From assembly GCA_036677065.1 (NCBI GenBank), contig JAKFBS010000001.1:224001-288000 (forward strand): a stretch of 64,000 nt of DNA. The letters run 5' to 3'. Positions 30,352 to 39,996 of this stretch are shown piece after piece. Position 1 is the first letter of the stretch; every line of letters starts with the position of its first letter. Both the position numbers and the translations under genes were made by a program. The stretch is from Bdellovibrio sp. (GTDB lineage Bacteria; Bdellovibrionota; Bdellovibrionia; Bdellovibrionales; Bdellovibrionaceae). The notes under the pieces were generated by a model. That model made no database searches. It was not told the origin of the DNA and saw only the letters and a program-made list of their open reading frames with translations.

Positions 30352-31788
30352 TTATTTCCTCTCAAAAAGTGAGTAACCGTTGTCCTCCATAATAAACGTC
30401 CAATTATGAGACATTTGTAGAACTGTAGCCAGAGATTCAGCCTTTCCGCTCACCACATAATCGATTTGGTGTTGGCTCAGAAACACTTCGCTTGCACCAT
30501 TGATGTTATTCAATGCACTGAGATAACCTCCAAAAATTGAATCTGAATAAATGATATTACGTGTATCAATAAAAATTTGGTTTGGCTGGCTATATATTAA
30601 GAATGAACCTATTAACCAACTATTAAAAACACGTTTGCCGGTATATTGATTTAGATAATCGGCAATAAGAAAAGTAGCGCTATGATCATATTTTTTAGCG
30701 TAGCGACCAGGTAAATTTTTGCGAAAATTTTCGCTGAATGACGAAAACATGAAAAATCCGCCCAAAATCAAAAGGATTGCTATCGTGCGATTTACTAAAA
30801 TTTGCGGAAGGGTCGGCTTCTGAACAAGACCAATAACATTTTTTACATCTGTTAAATTTTTACCCCAAAAAAGCGGTAATACTGCAAACAGCAGCGGCAA
30901 GTTTCGCCCAGCTATGAATGATGAAACAATGAATATAAACAATAATGACGTAAAAAGTGTTTTTAATTTTTTATTACGATAAGCAGTAAAAGCTAATAAA
31001 GACAATGTCACAACAAAAAGCAACATTTCAAAAGAGAATTCCCCTTTTTCAAAAAATGCAGGCGGTTGCCATTCAGACATGCGAATTTTTGAAATAGCTG
31101 CTGTTTGAATAACATAAGAATAAATTTTTATTCCCCACGGGTTAGCCAAAGTTGCTAAAATGCTAAAACAAAAAAAGCTCAGTTGCTTTTTTAAGTGGTT
31201 ATCATTTCGCTCGAAGACTATTTGTAGGCAAATGTGGTAAGCTAATAAGACTAAAAACAGTAAAAACGATCCATGCAAATTAGTCCATAAAACTAAAAAT
31301 GCTAAGGCTTTTATTTTGTTTTTTAAATGCCAATCACTTTCGATCATTTCAAAAGCTATAGGAATCAAAAGTAAAACTAAAAGGGCAGGCCGATCAACGA
31401 TTAACATACTTAACCCGCTGATGCTAATCACGAGAGCTAGCCAATTACTTTTATATAAAAGCTGTGGATAGCGAATTAACCAGAAGGCCACAATAGCTAC
31501 GGGAACAATACGATGTAAAAAGAAAATGATTTCGATAGAAAAATTTGTGTCTAAAAAATAGTAAATTAGACTCGCCAGCCAAGGGTACGGTAAAGCGGTT
31601 GTTGGATTAAAAGAATAAGCGTCATGAATATATAAAGTGCCCTGGCGAAAAATCTGACGACCCTCAGCAATCCAAACTGCCAAATCGACGTAAGAAAAAG
31701 GCATAAGCATGGAAAACAAGAACGTTAGGGCTAAAAAGAATAAAAAATAAAACTTAAATTCTTCTGACTGTAGTTTTGTGTCGAACAT
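30352..31788 (-). CDS. Polytopic membrane protein, GT-C glycosyltransferase-like
   Basis: About 11-13 hydrophobic helices. Asp after TM1 (VDLAVWIAEG), WL...IYY, RP, LWTNLHGSF, NPWG, EW, FIDTR. Confidence 0.55.
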   Translation of the reverse strand: MFDTKLQSEEFKFYFLFFLALTFLFSMLMPFSYVDLAVWIAEGRQIFRQGTLYIHDAYSFNPTTALPYPWLASLIYYFLDTNFSIEIIFFLHRIVPVAIVAFWLIRYPQLLYKSNWLALVISISGLSMLIVDRPALLVLLLIPIAFEMIESDWHLKNKIKALAFLVLWTNLHGSFLLFLVLLAYHICLQIVFERNDNHLKKQLSFFCFSILATLANPWGIKIYSYVIQTAAISKIRMSEWQPPAFFEKGEFSFEMLLFVVTLSLLAFTAYRNKKLKTLFTSLLFIFIVSSFIAGRNLPLLFAVLPLFWGKNLTDVKNVIGLVQKPTLPQILVNRTIAILLILGGFFMFSSFSENFRKNLPGRYAKKYDHSATFLIADYLNQYTGKRVFNSWLIGSFLIYSQPNQIFIDTRNIIYSDSIFGGYLSALNNINGASEVFLSQHQIDYVVSGKAESLATVLQMSHNWTFIMEDNGYSLFERK

Positions 31789-31909
31789 TCATTCAATCAT
31801 AATAATTTTTTTTTAATTAAACACTAAAATAACTACCCAGACCTTGGCCCAGAATACAGAATAGCTCTTACTATGACCTAACATCAGCTTTAACATTGAT
31901 AAATTAACG

Positions 31910-32152
31910 ATGAAAACTTCTATAAATACAGATCTAACTATTAAAGGCGAAAGCGTGCACGTGCAGACCGAAGACTGGGGACACGAGCATAAAAAATTAG
32001 TCGCGCGCGTGTATCGACACGGTCGCATGGTTAAATCTTTTGAAGTGCCTTATGAAAAACTAACTGCTCCGCTGACTGATAAAACTCGCAATGGCTATGC
32101 TCAACAATTACATCAAAAAGTAATCGACTGGGTTCATGAGGGCGGATTATAA
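31910..32152 (+). CDS. Hypothetical protein
   Basis: 80-aa ORF (HVQTEDWG) ending 1 nt before the ftsE ATG. Confidence 0.6.
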   Translation: MKTSINTDLTIKGESVHVQTEDWGHEHKKLVARVYRHGRMVKSFEVPYEKLTAPLTDKTRNGYAQQLHQKVIDWVHEGGL

Positions 32153-32153
32153 A

Positions 32154-32825
32154 ATGCCAATTTTAGAGCTAAGCCACGTTTATAAAACTTATCAAAACGA
32201 TCGCCATGCTTTAAAAAATATTTCATTTGCGGCAAATGCCGGCGAATTTATTTTTTTAACCGGACATTCGGGCGCAGGTAAATCCACACTATTTAAAATT
32301 TTATCGGCGCAAGAATCTGCCACCAGTGGTTCGGTTTCAGTCTTTGATAAGAATATGAAAGAGTACGATCACCGTAATATTCATGAATACCGCAGACAAA
32401 TTGGCATAATTTTCCAGGATTTTAAATTAATTCCAGAAATCACCAATCGCGCTAATTTAGCCATTCCGTTAAATGTTTTAAATAAAAGCAAAAAAGAAAT
32501 AGATGCTGAAATTCAGCAGATTACCGATCTTGTTGGAATCAAATCCTCGTATTTAGATGAATACCCTGAATCACTTTCAGGTGGCGAACAGCAAAAAATT
32601 GCGGTAGCTCGCGCCATTATTCACAGACCGAAAATTATATTTGCTGATGAGCCCACCGGAAATTTAGATAAAGAAGCCAGTATTAATATATTAATGATTT
32701 TAAAAGAGCTTACCAAATGGGAAACGACAGTTTTATTTGCCACGCATGATGAAAATCTGATGAGTAAGGTGCAGGGTAAAGTTATTCACCTTAAGGCTGG
32801 CGAGATCGAGAGCACAACGTTATGA
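32154..32825 (+). CDS. ftsE: Cell division ABC ATPase FtsE
   Basis: GHSGAGKST, IFQDFKLI, LSGGEQQ, ADEPTGNLD, ATHD. Followed by ftsX-envC-ctpA. Confidence 0.88.
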   Translation: MPILELSHVYKTYQNDRHALKNISFAANAGEFIFLTGHSGAGKSTLFKILSAQESATSGSVSVFDKNMKEYDHRNIHEYRRQIGIIFQDFKLIPEITNRANLAIPLNVLNKSKKEIDAEIQQITDLVGIKSSYLDEYPESLSGGEQQKIAVARAIIHRPKIIFADEPTGNLDKEASINILMILKELTKWETTVLFATHDENLMSKVQGKVIHLKAGEIESTTL

Positions 32826-33655
32826 AACATGTTTTTCATATTGTGATCGGACTTTTTTTTTCGTTATTGATTTCAGTTTTGGTGACTCAAAACAATATTA
32901 ATTTATTCATGGGCGATGCTGATGACTTTAAAAAAGCGACGATCTATTTCAAACAAACTACTTTAGAGGCTGAAGCCGATAAGTTTGCTGCTGAAAAATT
33001 GCAAAACGCTGAAAAAGTTAAAAAAATCGGCAAAGAAACCGCTGTTCAAGATTTTAAAAATACGTTTGGTGATTTTTCTAAAAACTTATCTGAATTAGAA
33101 ACTTTAACTGACTTAGTGCCTTTATCATATGAAGTCGTCTTTGCCAGTCTTGATGACCGCAAACAATTTATCACAGCAGAAAGCAGCCATGAATTGGTTG
33201 ATGAAATTGTAGCTATTGATCAAGTGTTTTCGCGATATTCTTCATTACAAAAAAGTTTAGGCGCATTTACCTTTATTCTATTTGCCGTAAGTTTTTTAGT
33301 CTGTTCATTATTAACTTCGTTACTAATTAAAAATATGATTAATAACGATCAAAGACAGATCGAAATTTATGCGTTATTTGGCCAAAGTTATAGCGCCATT
33401 GTTAAAAAGTATTTTAAAAACCTATTAAGCTATTTTATCACCACTGCCGTTCTTAGTTTGGTCGTGGTTTTTGCGTTTTACACGATTTTTAAAGTAAAAT
33501 TACACGCAACTCCGGATTTACGTTTTATGAGTGATCGTTTAACGTTTTTAACTGTTTCTCAATTTTTAATTTTATTGTTCAGTTTCGCGGTTGCTTATTT
33601 TGGTGGGCTTTATTTCGTTTTAAAACGTTCAGTTTTAAAATCTTTTCAGCGGTAA
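32822..33655 (+). CDS. ftsX: FtsX-like permease
   Basis: 1+3 TM topology with a periplasmic loop, overlapping ftsE. Divergent sequence. Confidence 0.75.
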   Translation: MKHVFHIVIGLFFSLLISVLVTQNNINLFMGDADDFKKATIYFKQTTLEAEADKFAAEKLQNAEKVKKIGKETAVQDFKNTFGDFSKNLSELETLTDLVPLSYEVVFASLDDRKQFITAESSHELVDEIVAIDQVFSRYSSLQKSLGAFTFILFAVSFLVCSLLTSLLIKNMINNDQRQIEIYALFGQSYSAIVKKYFKNLLSYFITTAVLSLVVVFAFYTIFKVKLHATPDLRFMSDRLTFLTVSQFLILLFSFAVAYFGGLYFVLKRSVLKSFQR

Positions 33656-33656
33656 T

Positions 33657-34556
33657 ATGAAATTTCTGCTTATCTTTTTCATTACACTGTTTGTTCAAGC
33701 AGCTCCAGAAAAAAGTCTGGAACAAAATGTACTACAAATAGAAAAAGATATTGCAGAGGCTTATGCAAAGATTTCGGTAAACAACCAATCTATTGCTATT
33801 GCCCAGAAACAAATCGCTGATATCAATTTAAATATCGAAGAAAAAAAGAAATATCTGGCTAAACGTATGCTGGCGCAAAAAAGTGTAAAATCAATGAGTT
33901 GGTTTTTAGCACTCGACACAAAAAACAAAGCGATATTGGATCGCAACTTAAAAATTTTTAAAAATATTAACTTGTCAGATATTACCGCGCTTCATGAATT
34001 TCGCCTGGCTTTAGATGAAGTTAAAAGCCAAGAGCAGTTTCTAGAAGGCGAAAATAAAAAACTCACTGAATTAACGAAATATTTGCAGGACCAAGAAGTT
34101 AAGCTTAAAAAAGCCGAACAAGAACAAATGGCGATGCTTGAAAAAATCAGTGCCATTGATCATTTGTTAAATTTCAAAGGCCAGCTGTCATTACCGGTGC
34201 GCGCGCCGATTTTGGAACGCTTTGGCAGTTCGCATGATCAAGACAATCAATACGCTTTGTTAGTCAAAGGCCTAGTCATCGACGGAAAAGATAAACAAGC
34301 CGTGTCTGCTTTCGGTCCAGGCAAAGTCATTTTTCGTGACCGTATTCCCTATTGGGGTGATTCTGTAATTATAAGTCACAAAGGTGGATACTATTCAGTC
34401 TACGCCGGAGTTGAAAATGCTGTTGTTAAAACTGATGAAGTGGTCACTAACGAACAAATCATCGCTCAAACCAACGGGCAAGAATTCTACTTCGAACTGA
34501 GACACTTAAATATCCCATTAAATCCTTTGAACTGGATTAGGAAAGACAATGACTAA
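33657..34556 (+). CDS. envC: EnvC-like murein hydrolase activator (coiled coil plus degenerate M23)
   Basis: Signal peptide, long coiled coil, KGQL.LPV. LytM domain lacks the Zn histidines (FYFELR). Confidence 0.75.
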   Translation: MKFLLIFFITLFVQAAPEKSLEQNVLQIEKDIAEAYAKISVNNQSIAIAQKQIADINLNIEEKKKYLAKRMLAQKSVKSMSWFLALDTKNKAILDRNLKIFKNINLSDITALHEFRLALDEVKSQEQFLEGENKKLTELTKYLQDQEVKLKKAEQEQMAMLEKISAIDHLLNFKGQLSLPVRAPILERFGSSHDQDNQYALLVKGLVIDGKDKQAVSAFGPGKVIFRDRIPYWGDSVIISHKGGYYSVYAGVENAVVKTDEVVTNEQIIAQTNGQEFYFELRHLNIPLNPLNWIRKDND

Positions 34557-35889
34557 AAAAAATCTCTCTGCGGTATTAATTCTGTTATTTGTGGTTCTAA
34601 CTGCAAAACCAATGTGGTCTTGGGCTGAAGACAGATATACAGATTTGCAAAACTTTTCAAAAATCTTAAACTTAGTTCAGCAATACTATGTTGAACCAGT
34701 TGATACAAAAAAATTAGTGAATGGCGCGATCAAAGGTATGCTGCGTGAATTAGATCCGCACACGAATTACATGCCGCCAGATATTTTCAAAGATTTCGAA
34801 TCAGAAACAGCCGGCGAATTCGGCGGTCTTGGCATCGAGATTTCAATCCAAAACGGCGTGCTAACAATTATTTCTCCGATCGAAGATACGCCGGCATGGA
34901 AAGCCGGAATCAAACCAGGCGATAAAGTGATTGCGATCGATGGCAATTCAACAAAAGGTTTTTCATTAGTCGAAGCTTCAGCCTTATTAAAAGGTAAACG
35001 CGGCGACCCAGTTGTTTTATCAGTCGTGCGTGATAATTCAGATAAGGCCTTAGATATCACGGTAGTTCGTGGCCAAGTCAAAATTAAATCAGTTAAATCA
35101 ACGATGCTTGATGACGGTTATTTATACGTCAAAGTTACAAGTTTTATCGAAACTACGTCTAAAGAATTAGAAAAAGCTTTATCTGAATACAAATCATCAA
35201 ATAAAAAAATGGACGGTATCTTAATCGATTTAAGAAAAAATCCGGGTGGTTTATTAGATCAAGCGATCAAAGTGACTGACATGTTTTTAAAAGAAGGTGT
35301 GATCGTAAGTACTATCGCCCGCGATCCGAAAAATAAAGATGTAACGTACGCCAGTAAAAAAGCGCAATACGCGGATATCCCAATCGTTATTTTAATTAAT
35401 GAATACTCAGCAAGTGCCAGTGAAATTGTAGCCGGCGCCTTACAAGACAACAAACGCGCGATCATCGTGGGCGAAAGAAGTTTCGGCAAAGGTTCAGTAC
35501 AATCAGTTATTAAATTAGGTGATGGCAGCGGTTTAAAACTAACAGTAGCCAGATACTACACACCAAGTGGCGTATCGATTCAGGCAGAAGGCATCAAGCC
35601 TGATATCGAAATCGAAGACGTAAACGCAGAACTTTTCGCCAAAGCCTTAAGTGATAAAAAAGGTGTTCGTGAACAAGACATCACAGGCCACTTAATCGGC
35701 GACAAAGAAAAAAAGAAAACTGGCAAAAGCAAAATGGATAACAGCGCAGCAGCTTGGTGGAAAGACGTCGCCAGCAAGAAAGACTCTGATCTAACAGAGA
35801 AAGAAAAGCTGTTTAAAACTGATTATCAAGCGTACCAAGCGTATTCTTACTTGAGAGCTATTAAAACATTAAACTCGTTACAGAAGTAG
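34549..35889 (+). CDS. ctpA: Carboxy-terminal processing protease S41A
   Basis: LDPHT, GLGIEI (PDZ), DLRKNPGGLL, SASASEIVAGALQD, FGKGSVQ, YYTPSG. Confidence 0.95.
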   Translation: MTKKNLSAVLILLFVVLTAKPMWSWAEDRYTDLQNFSKILNLVQQYYVEPVDTKKLVNGAIKGMLRELDPHTNYMPPDIFKDFESETAGEFGGLGIEISIQNGVLTIISPIEDTPAWKAGIKPGDKVIAIDGNSTKGFSLVEASALLKGKRGDPVVLSVVRDNSDKALDITVVRGQVKIKSVKSTMLDDGYLYVKVTSFIETTSKELEKALSEYKSSNKKMDGILIDLRKNPGGLLDQAIKVTDMFLKEGVIVSTIARDPKNKDVTYASKKAQYADIPIVILINEYSASASEIVAGALQDNKRAIIVGERSFGKGSVQSVIKLGDGSGLKLTVARYYTPSGVSIQAEGIKPDIEIEDVNAELFAKALSDKKGVREQDITGHLIGDKEKKKTGKSKMDNSAAAWWKDVASKKDSDLTEKEKLFKTDYQAYQAYSYLRAIKTLNSLQK

Positions 35890-35927
35890 GCCGTCCCTTT
35901 TTCGGGAGCAGTGCATTCTAAAAAACG

Positions 35928-35960
35928 AAAAAGGCTTGGGTTTAACACCAAGCCTTTTTT
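35928..35960. terminator. Bidirectional terminator between ctpA and tig
   Basis: AAAAAGGCTTGG-N8-CCAAGCCTTTTT. Confidence 0.85.
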
Positions 35961-35983
35961 TATTTCTAAATTTTAAGAAGAAA

Positions 35984-37297
35984 CTAGTTTTGTTCTTCTT
36001 TTAATTCTTTCGCGTCTACTTCTTTAACTTTAGCTTTATCAGTTAAAAGCTTAATCACTTTTTCTTCAGTGATCATGTAAGTTAAGCGAGAAGCTTGTTC
36101 AGGTTTAGCGTACCACTCGCGGATGCGAGTTTCTTCTAAGCCAGTTTGTTTTGCGTATTCAGCGAATTTAGCTTCAAGGTCTTCTTTAGTGCAGATTAAT
36201 TTGTGCTCTGTTGCTAAAGCGTCGATTAAGAATGAAGACTGGATCATTTCGCCAGCTGTTTTTGCGAAGTCTGCATCCCATTTTTGTACATAAGATTCGA
36301 AATCACCTTCTTGCATACCTTGATCAGACATACGTTTTTTGAAATCTTCAATTAACGCTGCTTTTTGATCTTTAAGTAAAGAAGCCGGTACATCAACTGG
36401 ATTGGCTTCAACCATTTTTTTGATTAAACGGTTTTTGAAGTTATCTTCGATACGTTTTTTATCAGATTGTTCGATATCATCACGTAAAGTTTTTTTGAAT
36501 TCTTCAACAGTTTGTTTTGTGCCGATTTGAGCTAATAATTCTTCGTTGATTTCAGGTAATTCTTTTTTCTTAAGACCTTTTAATGTCACTTTGAAGTCTA
36601 CTGGCTTACCAGCGATTTCAGCAGAGTGGTATGGATCTGGAAATTTTAAGTTAACAGTTTTAGTTTGGCCGATTTTCATTCCAACGATAGCTTCTTCGAA
36701 ACCTTCGATGAATTGTTTTGAACCTAATTCTAGATTGTGATCAACGCCTACGCCATTTTCTAATGGGCCACCGTTAACGAAACCTTCGAAATCAACAACT
36801 GCAGTGTCACCCATTTGAGCCGGGCGATCTTCTAACACGTCTACGATTTTAGCGCGTGAACTGCGTACGTTATTTAAAACTTGTTCAAACTGAGCGTCAT
36901 TGAAAACGAATTTCTCTTTTTCAACTTCTAAGCCTTCCCATTTTTTGATTTTAACTTCTGGGCGAACTTCGATGATGGCCGTGAATGCGAAGTCTTTTTC
37001 TTCAGATGGATCTTCGAATTCGAACTCAGGGTAATTGATTGGGTCAATATTTGATTCTTTAAGAGCTTGTGGATAATGCGATTGGATAAGATCTTGCGCC
37101 ACATCACCAAGAACTTGAGTTTTGTACATAGATTTAATTGTGCTTAAAGGAGCTTTGCCTTTACGAAAGCCTTTAATTTGCACGCTACGCTGAATGCTTT
37201 GGTAAACTTTTTCAAACGCGTTAGTTACCACGGTTTGCGGAATCTCAACATTAATTTTTCTTTGTAAACCTTGAGTGATTTGAACTTGTGCTTTCAC
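35984..37297 (-). CDS. tig: Trigger factor
   Basis: GFRKGKAP, FKBP domain (VVDFEG, FIEGFEE, FPDPYH). Confidence 0.97.
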   Translation of the reverse strand: MKAQVQITQGLQRKINVEIPQTVVTNAFEKVYQSIQRSVQIKGFRKGKAPLSTIKSMYKTQVLGDVAQDLIQSHYPQALKESNIDPINYPEFEFEDPSEEKDFAFTAIIEVRPEVKIKKWEGLEVEKEKFVFNDAQFEQVLNNVRSSRAKIVDVLEDRPAQMGDTAVVDFEGFVNGGPLENGVGVDHNLELGSKQFIEGFEEAIVGMKIGQTKTVNLKFPDPYHSAEIAGKPVDFKVTLKGLKKKELPEINEELLAQIGTKQTVEEFKKTLRDDIEQSDKKRIEDNFKNRLIKKMVEANPVDVPASLLKDQKAALIEDFKKRMSDQGMQEGDFESYVQKWDADFAKTAGEMIQSSFLIDALATEHKLICTKEDLEAKFAEYAKQTGLEETRIREWYAKPEQASRLTYMITEEKVIKLLTDKAKVKEVDAKELKEEQN

Positions 37298-37374
37298 TAC
37301 GACTCCTTTTAAACTTAACTCGTAATTCGTCTCTGATAATTGAACTTTGAATTTGGGAAATTAGAGTATTTAGT

Positions 37375-38238
37375 ATGCAAAAGCAACAAATACATTTTGT
37401 GACTGGTAAAGGGGGCGTAGGGAAGTCGTTTTTCGCTGCAGCTCTAGCTCAAAGTCTGGCTAAAAAGGCCAATTATTCACCTGAAAAAAATGGCCCCTCT
37501 AAGCCTATTTTGCTAGCAGAATTCAATGATCATAGCTTCTACCGCGAATACCTCGGTGATAAGCCCGTTTATTTCGATTTAGCTCAGTGGACAGGCGCCG
37601 AATGCCTTAAAGAATATGCTATTCACCTGCTAAAAATCGAATCGCTTTATAAACTTTTTTTTGGAAATCCAATATCAAAAGCCCTAATCGATGTATCACC
37701 GGGGCTGCTTGAACTAGCCATTTTAGGGCGGGCGACATCGTTTCAACGCAAACACGGGCCGCCTCTAAAATACAATCACATGGTGTTTGATGCCTTTGCG
37801 ACCGGCCATTTTTTAACCATGTTTCGTGCTCCTGGGGCCCTTGCAAAAATTATCCAGTTTGGACCTATGGGAGAACAAACTCGCTCGATCGATAAGTGGA
37901 TTCGCAACCCGGAGTTTTGTCACGTGCATTTAGTGTCGTTACCAGAAGAAATGCCTGCCACTGAAACGGCAGAACTTTACCACAGTCTAAAAAATGAATT
38001 TGGTTTAACGCCGAAAGTTTATTTAAATAAATATTTCTTCTTAAAAAAAGATGAATTAGCAAATGAACCCGAAAGCGTAAAAAAATATTTTACCAACATG
38101 TTAGAGCAGCAAGAACTGGCTGAAAAAATCTTTGCCGATCATAAAATTAAATATATTCCTGTGCCATTAATTCCTGAAATTGAAACTGATAAACTTCTGC
38201 ATGAAGCTTCTGAGTATTTATTAAAGGAAGTTTTATGA
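37375..38238 (+). CDS. ArsA/Get3-family ATPase (BagA-like subunit)
   Basis: FVTGKGGVGKS, PGLLELAILG, DAFATGH, LPEEMPATET. Confidence 0.8.
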   Translation: MQKQQIHFVTGKGGVGKSFFAAALAQSLAKKANYSPEKNGPSKPILLAEFNDHSFYREYLGDKPVYFDLAQWTGAECLKEYAIHLLKIESLYKLFFGNPISKALIDVSPGLLELAILGRATSFQRKHGPPLKYNHMVFDAFATGHFLTMFRAPGALAKIIQFGPMGEQTRSIDKWIRNPEFCHVHLVSLPEEMPATETAELYHSLKNEFGLTPKVYLNKYFFLKKDELANEPESVKKYFTNMLEQQELAEKIFADHKIKYIPVPLIPEIETDKLLHEASEYLLKEVL

Positions 38239-39257
38239 TGAAGATTGCAAGCGCGACAAAAACAATTATCTGCATCGGCACAGGCGGCGTCGGTAAAACG
38301 ACAATGGCGGCTTCAATTGCTTCAGGTTTATCAGTGGACAAAAAAGTTTTAGTGTTAACCATTGATCCATCACTGCGATTAGCACAGGCGCTGGGAATCA
38401 AACCAGACGGCGAAGTGTATAAAGTTAAAAATAATCTTTATGCCTGCACGTTAAATCATGCAAAAGCGTTTCATGAATTTGTCTTAAAGGCCGCAAGTCA
38501 TTCAGCAACTCCAGAAGAAATTGAAAAATTATTACATAATAAATTGTATCAGCAGCTTTCAACCCAACTAAGTGGTTCGCAGGATTTTTCGGCGTTATTT
38601 AAATTAAATGAATTTGTACACTCTAAAGAATATGACATTGTAATTTTAGATACTCCGCCTGCACAACACACTTGGCATTTTTTGCATGCGCCAGAAAAAC
38701 TGGGTCAGCTATTTAATGAAGGCGTAGCGCAGTGGTTTCGTGATCCAGAACAAAAAGACACAAGCCTATTAAAAAGAATTTTAAACACAGGCACTACGCA
38801 AGTTCTAAAAGTTTTAGAAAATTTAACCGGTTCAGAATTTGTAAAAGAACTGGCGATATTTTTTCGCGCTATCCAGCGCTGGCAAACACCACTTGAAAAA
38901 CAAGTTTGGGATTGCCATAAGTTACTAACTGCAAAAAGCACAGAATTTATTTTAGTGACGGCTCTTGACCCTTCGCGAATTACTGAAGCTTTGCGTTTAA
39001 GTGCAGAAATTGAAAAACAGGGTTATAATTTAAAATCGATTATTATTAATCGTGTACCGGTTTGGATTACTGAAGAGTCGACTTTGGGGCCAGTGGTTCG
39101 TTATGTGAAATATTTAAAAGCTCTTGAAGCAAGGCTTCTTGGATCTAAGTCTAAGTTCGGTCCACATCTTAAGGTGTACAAATCCCATGAACTTAGTCAC
39201 AATCAATTGCATGTGGAAAATCTTAGCGATATCTATTACCGTATTGAGCCTATCTAG
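38235..39257 (+). CDS. ArsA/Get3-family ATPase (BagB-like subunit)
   Basis: CIGTGGVGKTT, TIDPSLRLAQALG, YDIVILDTPP, FLHAP. Confidence 0.8.
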   Translation: MMKIASATKTIICIGTGGVGKTTMAASIASGLSVDKKVLVLTIDPSLRLAQALGIKPDGEVYKVKNNLYACTLNHAKAFHEFVLKAASHSATPEEIEKLLHNKLYQQLSTQLSGSQDFSALFKLNEFVHSKEYDIVILDTPPAQHTWHFLHAPEKLGQLFNEGVAQWFRDPEQKDTSLLKRILNTGTTQVLKVLENLTGSEFVKELAIFFRAIQRWQTPLEKQVWDCHKLLTAKSTEFILVTALDPSRITEALRLSAEIEKQGYNLKSIIINRVPVWITEESTLGPVVRYVKYLKALEARLLGSKSKFGPHLKVYKSHELSHNQLHVENLSDIYYRIEPI

Positions 39258-39993
39258 CTGTTCGTTATTTGGCCGTTCAGAAACTAAAAAAGCATTGTTA
39301 ACCGATTTCGAACAAGGAAAGTATTTAGTTTCAATTTCTGAATACGAAAAAGCTGAGCCCTATTTACTTAAAACTGTAGTGCGTGAAGATGATAACTATG
39401 CCGAAGCTGTTTTAATGTTAGGTAAAATCTATGATCAGGTGGCCTTACCAGAACGTGCGATCTTGAATTTGCGCGATTTTTTACAGCGTGGACAGGGTTC
39501 GCAACTTGAAATCATGCAGGCCAAAGCGCTGTTAATTAAAAACCTAGCCAAAGTAAACGCTCCCATCGAAAATGCCGACGAAAAAAAATACATCTCGCGT
39601 ATCATGACGTCGAAATCTCAAGATTTGCGCTTGGCTTTAGAAAGCTTACGTTGGACCTTAGATTTTAACTGCGGCATCTATTGTGTCGAAGAAGTGAATT
39701 ATTTAAAAGAAATCCAAGTGCAACTTCTTTACGCTATTGAGACTGATCCGACGCTGTATAAGCGTGTGTTTGATATCCTAACCTCGCGATATGACTACTT
39801 TGAAACATTTTTAAAAGAGCCGGTGATGGATCTAGAATACCGAAAAAAAATCGGCCAAGCGCTTTACGAGGCTTTACAAAAGCTAAAAAGCTCACATCTT
39901 GAAAGCAGTACTTTGGGTTCGGTTAAAGCCGCAGAATTAATTTCCTATTTAGAAGCGTATCAAAAAAGAATTGAACGCTGGTTATACGAGTAA
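39211..39993 (+). CDS. TPR lipoprotein
   Basis: MWKILAI...LSSC lipobox, TPR-like helices. Start moved to 39211. Confidence 0.65.
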   Translation: MWKILAISITVLSLSSCSLFGRSETKKALLTDFEQGKYLVSISEYEKAEPYLLKTVVREDDNYAEAVLMLGKIYDQVALPERAILNLRDFLQRGQGSQLEIMQAKALLIKNLAKVNAPIENADEKKYISRIMTSKSQDLRLALESLRWTLDFNCGIYCVEEVNYLKEIQVQLLYAIETDPTLYKRVFDILTSRYDYFETFLKEPVMDLEYRKKIGQALYEALQKLKSSHLESSTLGSVKAAELISYLEAYQKRIERWLYE

Positions 39994-39996
39994 AAT

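Noticed and set aside
37375..39257. Arsenic-resistance operon
   Set aside because: No arsB/acr3/arsC/arsR/arsD nearby, and the motifs fit the BagAB-like clade.
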